Origin: a bacterium
GTDB lineage: Bacteria > Krumholzibacteriota > Krumholzibacteriia > G020349025
NCBI GenBank assembly: GCA_031362565.1
Contig: JANLSU010000106.1
Span: forward strand, 32,001 to 96,000
Direction: 5' to 3'
Length of the DNA: 64,000 bases
The translations under genes were made by a program, and so were the position numbers. Below the pieces are notes generated by a model, which worked only from the letters and a program-made list of their open reading frames with translations, was not told the origin of the DNA and made no database searches. This document shows, in pieces, positions 52,901-60,256 of the stretch. The stretch's first letter is position 1, and each line of letters starts with the position of its first letter.

Positions 52901-53768
52901 CGCCGCTCTGCCGTTCGACGCCAACGCCATGCAGGCCGTCGGGCTCGATCCGGATTCGACGATCGCCCGTTGCGTGGTTTCGGTCGCCAACGACGCGGTT
53001 GCCGTCGACGCTACCGCCGAGCCAGCCACCGTGGTGGCGCCGGGCGAGCGCGACGTCACGCTCTTGCACCTGCTGATCACCAATCAGGCTGAAGCCGCGG
53101 TGCGCATCGACGCCGTCGGTGTCGCACCCCTTGCCGACGGCGTCATTCTGCCCGATGCATTCGCCCACTACGTGCTGACGCGCGACGACGATGCGGCGAT
53201 CCGCGTCGAAGCGCTGCCGTCCGGCAGCTCCCCGGTCTGGATCGATTTCGGCGCCGCGGGCAATGCGGCGATTCTCGCGCCGGGCGCCACGGCACGTTGG
53301 ACGTTGCGCGCCGACATCGCGACATCGGCCGCGGCGCGCACCGTCAGTGCGGCATTGCGGACCAACGCCGCCGGTGCAGTGCTCGTACGGGCCAGTGAAT
53401 CGAGCTCGGGCGCCGCGGTGCCGGTGCACGCCGATGCACGCGCCACGCTGGCGTCGGCAGCGGTGCGGGTTTTGGGCGCCGCGCTCGCCGCATACAACGC
53501 GCCGAATCCGTTTCACGCCGAACGCGAACCGACCACCATTCACTACCAAGTGGACGGCGCGAGTGATGTCACGATCCGCATTCAAACCCTGCAAGGCGCC
53601 CTCGTGTGGGAAACGCACCGGCACGAGGCTGCCGTTGGGACGGCGCTCCGCGGCGTCGAATGGGACGGCCGGAACGGCACCGGACAGCCGGTACGGAATG
53701 GTGTGTATGTGTGCTCCGTGCAAGTCGGCACGCGGGCGACGCGGTTCAAAATCGCGGTGACCCGCTAG
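43905..53768 (+). CDS. Giant (~3,290 aa) secreted Ig-repeat surface protein with FlgD-Ig/T9SS-like C-terminal domain
   Basis: GTG/TTG start after AGGGAG (ORF open from 43704); signal ending SAGAQ; ~11 repeats with DxxGN...WS, then CARDB-like V.N.G repeats; tail YNAPNPF...WDGRNGTGQPVRNGVY...KIAVTR. Confidence 0.88.
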   Translation: MLDFLSRRWSLWIVGAAIVLAGRSAGAQGFLSLRIETAPGGNAPDLASTTRVAGDSLRLFAATYDFLGFYAGPAAVDWSIIPGGATLDATQGTTTLVQTSLTGQFHVQAVMDGTTADTGNITVVPGPPSGLAAFASPAFGAPAITSLALSADSSLVLYTGSYDKFSNWTGPIDVAWSLDAPIAAVTPSHATLTVLDPRRTGNGHLWLDAPSLPRLDLPLAVTHGRIASLLVSTTPGGTPLADTTLVAGQTLHLEARAADADGNSVTPFAGATWSATGTGLALGAVNGVQTDALASLPGSARIVATAGAIQTSTGIIRITAGILARLRVSRAPDTYVAVDPATVDADQNFELFALGQDAAGHWLGPVSATWTSTDAAVLHSPTTTGPSAVVDCARIGTARLRLTGAGLAPDSTGAVQVTPGRFARLTIESLGDGTGSEMGALGFSADSVIAFHAVGRDADGNFVGARNALWSLTGPIGSLSTPLGPDVVLLGEHPGTALLTAVDGIETDVAGPITVTAGAPYRLRAEDSLGLALAPRALAPGETASAVAMTLDRDGNQLTAAPVTWGWLGDALALLPGSAAPQYNWTAGRVGQGRLVLAAPGLMADTSATFTVVAGSPARLEMRDALGLPVGARTLSCDALLELHAWALDGSGNELGQVPVTWSVLGTAGSATVAPLAGSATVLRPVTPGVVRVAALHGSGVQAQSGDLTLVPGQITRVTIETAADGSGSRLASRGLAAGDLLPLFAVGRDGQGNFVAPVNANWFESGGIGTLSVTQGTATILLAEHRGRGRVTLTVPLIDGDETGILDVTPGPVAALGIERSPAGPADALGTATVSVDDSLMAFAVVRDVFGNWIATVPAFWSVTGPAGAAQISSPGPATATVLRPQHPAQVQLTATWNGFAALSGPLALVVGRLATVGIETAADGSGFAIGNRTLGAGEVVALYAIGRDALGNLTGAVTAAWSVVGIGGTLDTAWQSAARFTADRPGLCHVTAAYPGVGLATTGALTVTAGTPASLVLERAPGDPFDPFDTTALAAGDSVEAYAVLRDGLGNWVGNVVATWSVLGSPTSAILNPTAAGGVALQARHPGSVRLQATWNGRDAVSGTIDLGAGAPAGTFMMSLTPNTLRAGGPLPALGNGGPVTDAWGNDVADGTRIDVRLTGATGLAGEDLDPVRAGVQRPTSAGHFVFTLVPGALAGPATVDATAGTAAGRAAIALLPPIGIGVLAGSFTPIEWLRGAPFAAHLTLVNPDVLALDLATAELRLDDGNGGAIQTSLAAPVTLQPGMATGVDFVSLDTPGALRAGRYTPRLHVTGQDQLGSPFDLEIGTAGATLDLVDGAVTQVTGHAPLRLTQGTPVHFTVDVLNSGDVAVQLDAARSLLQGGAFAAALAPGSATTLARGTVTRLDFVTTIWPLGATVGDVPLDLELHGTQTGGAFDASVASGTVRVDATAALIADKGALTPVLVPQGASPAPRITVQNAGGSAVTLNTNTQVQIAGRAGGLVTPVRVGPDSAAILDFAPVDLGGLPAGLYSVWLSAQGTQNGAAFAQDVALADSLTLFAPAALTILGIQPSQATVTAGQTASWLLRVVLSNSGATAYRIDAADVHIVLGGIDRTATYTMTHQKPFTSALPPAARDTLDFLVTQTGPDAGLATLEAAVQATDLTTGLPVEANTFTAGKGSLRVQNPAIAAAGVLTLSQPAVVAGQTAPVEVTLTVRNAGEAILDLDPASLAASFVTAPAIAVVPASYTGGPGLAAGESMLLRWTLGPFTAAPGSLQLTATPQFVERNRAALLTCSASTNVPVQGPAAVVVSQANAPASVTVAQAQAWTARFQLTNSGGSSVTVATPRLVFAAPGAATTFGVTPPLTFEDGRPLQLAPGAQGTLAFVINRTDATARRVTIGVACDAVEELSGRALTIANGATATVSVQAPPAVQLVDASLAPARAAVGQVVGFTLDAQNTGESRLDLDATQSWARLVDGTTLHSLMAPAVLPGGGTATLRFAAAALDGAPGAGALRLHLAGTENGNAWSADLSTGAVLRLDAAAQLEITAVRPSRPRVTRRQTVAWTVRAAVRNHGGDAVLDAATLGFTLGAADVATGFTVTAPAHFESGTTLLVAGAADTLRFDVTRTLDAIGLVALDATLHAHDANSGTPLVVTSVGQARGSVQIDAPAEPVIATLQASQALVSAGQRSAWRVQVTVRNDGGSPWRADWTRAALVLGAAPDDSIACGAPAAPQLLDAGESEGAVFTIHRTGAELGAVGLVASLPGVQESDGAAIAALPNAPVTIVVQRPAAARLETATAHTQRPGTANTGQTVRLDITVRNSGEADLRRVAVQAHADGATPADSLLVAAVPGGGSVTLHSQVRLRDDAGPAAIQFTVLEAYDANDSLTTAAFGATTAAHLDLRAETPGSLALTLVPSQGRVSAGQAREWSLAVQVENVGEEPLVLRAPRPSDIEFQRSNVPQSDYVVLAPAAFDEGGLTLAGAGQGTLRYRITRTGDGGGSIAITATASALHANDATAPDMAATAAATIAVDAEPSLRILSTDTRTWRRDRGFDDDRVDAGQAFAVRVVVENTGGTQLDSIGVDVESQRGNSHLDGRRWLDTLAPGQRGELEFAVVGGTWLSQPGLPEAFTAHIAAAQDLNTGISVLPGAAVDATTFAYIETPAQVALTAWIDAPDGARDGVLSAAQEFILAARLDNEGSADFSASGRVALGLPAGYAIVDGDPEQFADAGQVIRWTLQAGAAAHAFSDTLVIALAAVPLDENRGTPAIVRVGTATVAVAVRATGDLAALLTRGGAAAGGSIFVSTGQTLDLDVVVRGDADLIGREADLVLPAGWSPAPGSPPKLDLPPGAEARTTAAVQVGHAPGMAQVILHATAVDRNDESPRAALDTLQLQVVRAARLAVDAAIVAPDEARDGRLLPGQAFQVRAWVRNQGDAAVVAAPGNTSGGTLRLIDVPAGYGVQAAEQPYVLTGREASITWNLTAPPVVRPGAETMRIVFAALPFDANAMQAVGLDPDSTIARCVVSVANDAVAVDATAEPATVVAPGERDVTLLHLLITNQAEAAVRIDAVGVAPLADGVILPDAFAHYVLTRDDDAAIRVEALPSGSSPVWIDFGAAGNAAILAPGATARWTLRADIATSAAARTVSAALRTNAAGAVLVRASESSSGAAVPVHADARATLASAAVRVLGAALAAYNAPNPFHAEREPTTIHYQVDGASDVTIRIQTLQGALVWETHRHEAAVGTALRGVEWDGRNGTGQPVRNGVYVCSVQVGTRATRFKIAVTR

Positions 53769-53772
53769 GAGG

Positions 53773-55689
53773 ATGATGATGCTGGCACGGAAGTCCTGGA
53801 TCCTACTCGCGTGCATGCTCGCGACGACCGCGCATGCCGGCGGCACCGCCAATGGCGGGACCGAATCGAATCTGAGCTTGGGAGCCACGAGCCGCGGGAT
53901 CGGACTCGGCGGCGCGTTCCTGGCGAGCGTCGACGACGCGAGCGCCGTGTACTGGAATCCGGCCAAGCTGGCGAGCCTCGAACGCGGCAGCGTCATTCTG
54001 ACTCACATGCCGATCGGCTTCGGTGACGCGACTCTGAGTTTTGCCGGCGTCGCGTATCCGACCCTCGGTGCCGGCACGTTTGCTTTCGGGTTCCAGCACC
54101 TCTCCACCGATGGCATTCAGGCCTACGACGCCACGAGTCAGGCGCTCGGCAGCCTCGAATATTCGGAGACCGCGCTCTATGCCGGTTATGCCCACGCGAT
54201 CGCCGCCGGCACGCTGGGTGCGCTGCAAGTCGGCGCGACCGCGAAGACGTTCACTCAAAGTCTAACGCCTTGGTCGAGCACCGGCGCCGGACTCGACTTG
54301 GGTTTGGCGTGCACGCCGCGCCGCTTTCCGGATCTCGGCTTGGCGTTCGTGTGGCGGGATGCGATCGCCCCGCATGTGCGGCTCGATCAAACCTCGGATG
54401 CCGCACCCGCGACATTGCAATTCGCCGGCACCTGGCGGACCCGCGCCACGCGTACGACAACGCTGGCGCTGAACGCCGGTGTCGATCACACCGGCCCGCT
54501 CGGCTGGTCGCCACGCCTCGGACTCGAAGCCGGTTATGGTTCGCATCTGCAGTTGCGGCTCGGTTCGTCCCGCAACGGCGTCGCCTTCGGCCTCGGCGTG
54601 ACCTGGCAGAATGCGGCGCTCGACTATGCATTCCTGGGCCACGAGTCGGCGGCCACCCAGCCGGTCTCGGTGCGCACGGAGTGGGGCATGCGGCTCGAAA
54701 ACCGCCTCGCGGCGCGCACGACGGCGCGCGAGGCGGCGCTGCGGGCGCAATTGCAAGACCGGCTCGAGGCCCGCCTCGATGCGGCGCAGGCGGCATTCGA
54801 TCGTGGGGACTATGCGGCAGCGGTGGACGAGTGGAAGGTCGTGGCCGGGTTGGATCCCGCCGACGAACGGGCCGAGCGTGGCATTCAAGCCGCGGGTGCC
54901 AAGCTGGCGGAAACCCAGGCGCGCGATCTCGCCGATCGCGAACAGGTGGCGGCGCACACCGCCCAGTTCGAACTCGGGCTGCGCTACTACGGCCAGAGCG
55001 AGTATGCGTTGGCGCGCGACGTGTGGGCGCAACTGCGCCAGCAGGACCCGGCCAACACCGAAGTGCAACGCTATCTGGACAAGAACGAGAAGGCGTTCCG
55101 CGACCAGCTCCGGGCCCAATCCGACGAAGCGCACCGGCTCGAAATCGCCGGCGACTGGGTCGACGCACTCGCGGCCTGGACCCGCATTCGGGCCACCGAC
55201 AATCAACGCGCCGACGCCGAAGCAGCGCTCGAACGCTGTCGCATGGGGCTCGAACGGCAAAATGCCCGCCGCTGGGATGCCAGCCGCGGCTCGAATGCGA
55301 ACGTCAACGCCGGTACCAACGCCATCGCCAAGGCGGCGCCGGTATCGAAAGCCGCCGCCGCACCGTTCCGCGACGCCGTCGCGGCGTATTCGAGCGGTGA
55401 GATCAGCCGCGCCGTGACGTTGTTGCGCGAGGTTCGCCGGTTGGATCCCGCCAATCAGGAAGCCGAGCGCTTGTTGGCGAAAGCCGAGCGCCAACTGCTG
55501 CCCTTGGGTGACGAGGATCGCGCCCGGGTGCGCGAGATGTACCTGCGCGGGATGAGTTTCTTCACCGCCAATCAATTCGACAAGGCGATCGAAGCCTGGT
55601 CCAAGATTCTCGATGTCGATCCGGGCAATACGAGCGTGTACCAGAACATCCGCGAAGCCCGCGCGCGCCTGCGTGCCCTGCAGCCTTGA
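53773..55689 (+). CDS. PorV/PorQ-family barrel fused to C-terminal TPR repeats
   Basis: AGGAGG RBS; RGIGLGGAFLASVDDASAVYWNPAKL; LDYAF; TPR helices (LDP..ERA, LDPANQEA, AIEAWSKILDVDPGN). Confidence 0.88.
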   Translation: MMMLARKSWILLACMLATTAHAGGTANGGTESNLSLGATSRGIGLGGAFLASVDDASAVYWNPAKLASLERGSVILTHMPIGFGDATLSFAGVAYPTLGAGTFAFGFQHLSTDGIQAYDATSQALGSLEYSETALYAGYAHAIAAGTLGALQVGATAKTFTQSLTPWSSTGAGLDLGLACTPRRFPDLGLAFVWRDAIAPHVRLDQTSDAAPATLQFAGTWRTRATRTTTLALNAGVDHTGPLGWSPRLGLEAGYGSHLQLRLGSSRNGVAFGLGVTWQNAALDYAFLGHESAATQPVSVRTEWGMRLENRLAARTTAREAALRAQLQDRLEARLDAAQAAFDRGDYAAAVDEWKVVAGLDPADERAERGIQAAGAKLAETQARDLADREQVAAHTAQFELGLRYYGQSEYALARDVWAQLRQQDPANTEVQRYLDKNEKAFRDQLRAQSDEAHRLEIAGDWVDALAAWTRIRATDNQRADAEAALERCRMGLERQNARRWDASRGSNANVNAGTNAIAKAAPVSKAAAAPFRDAVAAYSSGEISRAVTLLREVRRLDPANQEAERLLAKAERQLLPLGDEDRARVREMYLRGMSFFTANQFDKAIEAWSKILDVDPGNTSVYQNIREARARLRALQP

Positions 55690-55715
55690 TCCCGCCCTTC
55701 CTTTGGAGCATCGCT

Positions 55716-58700
55716 ATGAGCAGTCGCAACGGACGGACCGAGCGCCTCGAGATCGCCGCCGACGAGCGCCATCTCTCGGACGTTCGCGACTTCATCGATC
55801 GCACCTGTGCCGCGTGTGGCTTTGCGCCGCGGGCGATCGCCAATATCCGGCTGGCGGTCGACGAGGCCTGCACCAATGTCATCAAGCACGCCTACCCGAA
55901 TGGCGGCCCCGGTGCGGCAAGCGCCAGGCTCGGCATCGCGGCCGGCGCGCACCGCGGCTGGCTCGAGGTGCGCATCGTCGATCAAGGCAAGCCGTTCGAA
56001 GGCCAGATCGACCTGCCCCAGCTTGGCGAACTGGTGGAAGCGCGACGCAAGGGCGGCTTCGGCATGTTCCTGATGCACCGGCTCATGGACGAAGTGCGCT
56101 ACGAAACGACCCCGGCAGGCAACGAATGGATTCTGCGCAAGCGCCTGCCGCAACCGCCTTCGACCTTTGCGCGGCGCATGCGCCTGCGTTACGCGCTGCA
56201 GGCGAGCCTCGGGATTGTCGCCATCAGCGTCTTGGCGGTCACGCCACTCTGGCTGCGCGAAGGGCGCCAGCGTGAGCGCGCCGACTTGCAGGCACTGCGG
56301 GCGCTGGCTTTCGGTCTCGCCGAAGCGGCGCGGCCGGCACTCGTACAGCGCGCCGAACTCACCCCCGAGCAAACGCATTTGTTCGAGGCGGTACTGGCGC
56401 TCGGGCGCGAGGAGCCACGCATCCTGGCGGTCGATGTCGTGGATCGCGCCGGAACGATTTGGGCGGCGGATCGCGCTGCCGCCACCTTCACCCACTTCAT
56501 CGAACCGGCCGGCTTGACGGCGGCCGATGCCGACGGGTTCCGGCAGGCGCGCGAGCGCGTCGACGGGCACGCGGTCCTGCATCTCGCAGTGCCGGTGCGG
56601 ATGGGCAACGGCGCGACCGAAGTCGGGACGGTGCATCTCTCGGTGCGCCGCGACGAGATCGAGGCCGAAGTGCGCGCCGCGCGCGCCCGCTTGGCAAGTG
56701 GGGCACTGGCCGTGGATGCGCTGGCCCTGCTGCTCGTCGGCGCCGCCCTCACGGCTTTCCTGCGGCCCTTGCAGCGGCTCGTCGACGGAGTTCGCGGCAT
56801 GGCGTCCGAAGGCGCTGATTTGGCGGAAGACGGCCCCGGCGAGATCGGTTCCATCGCGGCGGCCTTCAACGACATGAATGCCCGTTACAAGGCCGCCCGC
56901 GAAACCGCCGCCGACCACGAACGCTTGCAGCAAGACCTGCAGGTCGCGCGCGAGATTCAGACGGCGATTCTGCCGCAGCACGTGCCCGACATTGCGGGCT
57001 ATGAGATTGGCCGCTTGTACCGGCCGGCCGGCGAAGTCGGCGGCGACTACTACGATTTCTTGGATGTAGGCGACGGGCTGACCGGCGTCGTCGTGGCGGA
57101 TGTCGCCGGCAAGGGCGTGCCGGGGTCGCTCGTCATGGGCATGTTGCGGACGGCTCTGCGGCTCGAAACCCGGCGCAACGCCAGCGCCGGCGACGTGCTG
57201 TCGCGTCTGCATCAATTCCTCGCCGCCGACATGCGCAAGGGAATGTTCGTGACGATGTTGTACGTGGTGCTCGACACGCGGCACCGGGTCGTGAGCTACG
57301 CTTCGGCCGGCCACACGCCCATGGTGCTGTATCGCGCCGGCAAGGACGAAACCTTTTGTTTGTCGCCCAAGGGACTGCCGGTCGGCCTCGCCGGATCGGA
57401 CACCGCAATGTTCGAAAAGGAACTCGACGTGGAGCGTCTGCGGCTGCGGACCGGTGATCTTTTGTTGCTCTACACCGACGGCATCACCGAGGCCACCAAT
57501 GCAGCGGGCGAGGCGTATGGCGAAGAGCGGCTGGTGGCGGCCGTCAAACGCTTCGGGCGCGAATCGGCGGACGATTTCGTTCGGGCGCTCGAGGCGGACC
57601 TCGCCGAGTTCACTGGCGGTATGGCGCTCACTGATGATCTGACGCTGGTCGCGATCAAGGAGAAGCAGGGAGCGCCGGAAGTCGGCGGCGAAACGTTTCG
57701 CAAGCTCGTTGACGCCATCGACGCCAAAGGTGTGCCGGTGGCGGATGCGTGCCGGCGGTTTGGCGTATCACCCTCGACCTACTATCGTTTGAAGCGCGTC
57801 GCGGGCGATGACAGCGAACCGCAACAGTTGTCGATGGAAAAGGGTGCCGCACTTCGCCGTCTGGCCATGGCGCGCCGCGACTTGGGTGCGCGCGAGATCG
57901 CCGCTTTGCTGCGCACCCCGGAGTGGGGCAGCATCGACCTTGCACCGACGCGCATCCACGTCGAATTGCGCCGCATGGGAATCGACCTGCCGGTGAGTGC
58001 AGTGCCGGCGATGCCGGCGCCGGGTTCAGCTGCGGCGCTGCCGATGGCGGATGACACCGCAACCGAAGCTCCAAACAGCAACGGCGCCGACAGCAGCGCG
58101 GTTGCGATGTCGGAAACATGGCTCGATGCAGGCGGATTGCGCGGTCTCCTTGCAGCGCCGGCCGCCGGTCCGGGCGCCGCGCTGTTGCAACTCGAGGGTT
58201 GTATCGACAGTACGTCATGCGATGCGCTGGAGAGCCTGCTCGCGACGGCAACCGGTGCCGGTCACGCTCTGGTCGTCGATCTGGCCGAAGTGGCGTACGT
58301 GAGTAGTCGAGGCTGGGGCCTGTTGGCGGCCGCGAGTGCGCGCGCCGTGGGTGGCTTGGCGCTCGCCGAGATGCGTTCCGATGTCTTCGACGTCTATCGA
58401 ATGCTGGGTTTCGAGTCGATTGTACCGTCCGCGGCCGACCGCGATGCGGCGCGGGCGCGTCTGTTGCCGGCGGCTCGCAAGGCGGCTTCGAATGCATCGC
58501 CCGGCGCCGCATCCAAGTCGAAGGCCGCACCCACGACGGCGATCGTGCCGTGCAAGGTGGCGTTCGATGCCGCCGCCCCGGACGATGCCGGTGCGTCGCT
58601 GCGCTGCCGCGTTGGGCACGCGGGGCGCGATGGGGAAGTGGCGGTGATCGCCCTCGAAGGCATCCTCGACACGGTGAGCGCGCAATTGTGTGCCCGGATG

Positions 58701-59519
58701 TTCTCCGAACTCGCGCTCCGCGAACGCACCGCGGTGCTGATCGACCTGTCGTGCATCGAGTTCGTGAGCAGTGCCGGTTGGGGATGTCTGACGGCGTTCG
58801 CAGCCGAGCGCGCCCGCATCGGCAGCGCCGTGCGCTTGTTCGGGATGAGCGCCTCGGTGGCGCGCATCTATGAATTGCTGCACTTGGCAGCGGTGCTGCC
58901 TTCCGACGACATCCTGGCGGACGCGTTGGTGGCCTGCGGCGCCACCGAAGTTGCAGCTCCGGCGCGCGTCGACGCGACCACGGTGGCGCCCACCGCGTCA
59001 CCAAGCCAACCGGTTGGTGCGGCGCACGGTGCTAGTGCGGTGGGCATCGAAATCGAAATCGGCGCTTTGCAGGCGCGACTCGAACCCTATGGAACCAGTG
59101 GCCGGGCGCATCGCCTGGCGCTCCGCGGCACGTGGCGTGGTGACGCGGGAGCGTCGTTCGAGGCCTGGCTCGGCGCACATGCGACGCCGGTCGACCTGCT
59201 GCTGGTCGACGGCCGGGGCCTCGAAAGCGTCGACGCAGAAGCCTGGGATGTGTTGCGCCGGCACGCCGAGAGTCTTGCGACGCACGGCGGCCAAGTGTGC
59301 GTGGTGGCGAGCGCCGCAACGGCGCCCGCAGTCGACGCCGGCCTGCACGTCCACCGTTCGGTGGTGGAGGCGCTACGCACCCAGCAGAGCCGCCCGGTAC
59401 GGCTGGAGACCGTTCGCGTCGAAGACAGCGATTTCAGCAAGGACGCGGAGATCCGGCGTGAGGGCTGGAACGCTTATGTCGACCTGCTCCGGCAGGCATT
59501 CCGAGAGGACGCCCTGTGA
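55716..59519 (+). CDS. Multidomain membrane partner-switch protein: RsbW-like kinase - TM - periplasmic sensor - TM - HAMP - SpoIIE/PP2C - tandem HTH - STAS x2-3
   Basis: LAVDEACTNVIKHAY, DQGKPF, GGFGMFLM; two TMs; PLQRL...EIG.IA.AFN.M; GGDYYD, VADVAGKG, YTDGITE, DDLT; ACRRFGVSPSTYYR; YVSSRGWG, FVSSAGWG. Confidence 0.9.
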   Translation: MSSRNGRTERLEIAADERHLSDVRDFIDRTCAACGFAPRAIANIRLAVDEACTNVIKHAYPNGGPGAASARLGIAAGAHRGWLEVRIVDQGKPFEGQIDLPQLGELVEARRKGGFGMFLMHRLMDEVRYETTPAGNEWILRKRLPQPPSTFARRMRLRYALQASLGIVAISVLAVTPLWLREGRQRERADLQALRALAFGLAEAARPALVQRAELTPEQTHLFEAVLALGREEPRILAVDVVDRAGTIWAADRAAATFTHFIEPAGLTAADADGFRQARERVDGHAVLHLAVPVRMGNGATEVGTVHLSVRRDEIEAEVRAARARLASGALAVDALALLLVGAALTAFLRPLQRLVDGVRGMASEGADLAEDGPGEIGSIAAAFNDMNARYKAARETAADHERLQQDLQVAREIQTAILPQHVPDIAGYEIGRLYRPAGEVGGDYYDFLDVGDGLTGVVVADVAGKGVPGSLVMGMLRTALRLETRRNASAGDVLSRLHQFLAADMRKGMFVTMLYVVLDTRHRVVSYASAGHTPMVLYRAGKDETFCLSPKGLPVGLAGSDTAMFEKELDVERLRLRTGDLLLLYTDGITEATNAAGEAYGEERLVAAVKRFGRESADDFVRALEADLAEFTGGMALTDDLTLVAIKEKQGAPEVGGETFRKLVDAIDAKGVPVADACRRFGVSPSTYYRLKRVAGDDSEPQQLSMEKGAALRRLAMARRDLGAREIAALLRTPEWGSIDLAPTRIHVELRRMGIDLPVSAVPAMPAPGSAAALPMADDTATEAPNSNGADSSAVAMSETWLDAGGLRGLLAAPAAGPGAALLQLEGCIDSTSCDALESLLATATGAGHALVVDLAEVAYVSSRGWGLLAAASARAVGGLALAEMRSDVFDVYRMLGFESIVPSAADRDAARARLLPAARKAASNASPGAASKSKAAPTTAIVPCKVAFDAAAPDDAGASLRCRVGHAGRDGEVAVIALEGILDTVSAQLCARMFSELALRERTAVLIDLSCIEFVSSAGWGCLTAFAAERARIGSAVRLFGMSASVARIYELLHLAAVLPSDDILADALVACGATEVAAPARVDATTVAPTASPSQPVGAAHGASAVGIEIEIGALQARLEPYGTSGRAHRLALRGTWRGDAGASFEAWLGAHATPVDLLLVDGRGLESVDAEAWDVLRRHAESLATHGGQVCVVASAATAPAVDAGLHVHRSVVEALRTQQSRPVRLETVRVEDSDFSKDAEIRREGWNAYVDLLRQAFREDAL

Positions 59520-60256
59520 GGCGCATTGCAATTGCGGCTGCCAAGGGCGGCACCGGTAAAACCACCACTGCCGTCGCACTCGCGCACGGCCTCGCGCTGG
59601 CCGGCGAGCGCGTGTTGCTCATCGATTGCGATCCACGCCGCGACTCGAGCTTGCATTTCGGCCTGTCGCCCGAACCCGGACTCGCAGCCTGGCTGCGGGG
59701 CCGTCCGGCGCGCGTCATGGAAGTGCGTGCCGGCCTCTGCGTCCTGGATAGCGGTGGCGAGGCGCTTGCCGATCTCGAACTGACACTCGGCACCGATCCG
59801 CTCGAGGAACTGCGGCTTGGGCGCGCCCTGGACACGCTGCAGGATGTCGATTATGTGGTGCTCGATTGTCCGGCCGGCGTCGGACCCATCGCGCGCGCGG
59901 CGCTCCGCGCCAGCCACGAGGTCCTCGTGCCACTCTGCGCCGACTATTTGAGTTTGGCGAGCGCCGGCCTGCTGCTCGAGCGCCTGGTCCAGATGCGGGG
60001 CACGAACGGCGCCGCGCCACGTCTTCTGGGACTCCTGCCGACATTCTATGACGCCGACGCTCCGAGCGCCCTGAACGTCGATTCCGTGCTTGCGGAACTG
60101 CACGCCGGCCGTGTCCTCCAGACGCGCATCGCGCTTTGCGATGGGCTCCGGGCGGCACCGGCACGCAGAGGCACGATCTTCGATTGCGAACCGCTATCGC
60201 GCGCGGCGTTGGACTACGTCTCGTTGCTCGACGAGGTGCGGGCTGCCGCCGCCTGA
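59516..60256 (+). CDS. Orphan ParA/Soj-family ATPase
   Basis: KGGTGKTT, IDCDP, YVVLDCP; GTGA-coupled to upstream gene; no parB in window. Confidence 0.9.
   Translation: MRRIAIAAAKGGTGKTTTAVALAHGLALAGERVLLIDCDPRRDSSLHFGLSPEPGLAAWLRGRPARVMEVRAGLCVLDSGGEALADLELTLGTDPLEELRLGRALDTLQDVDYVVLDCPAGVGPIARAALRASHEVLVPLCADYLSLASAGLLLERLVQMRGTNGAAPRLLGLLPTFYDADAPSALNVDSVLAELHAGRVLQTRIALCDGLRAAPARRGTIFDCEPLSRAALDYVSLLDEVRAAAA

Noticed and set aside
57700..57990. Active IS element
   Set aside because: Only the HTH region is present, in frame; no DDE domain, terminal repeats or target duplication
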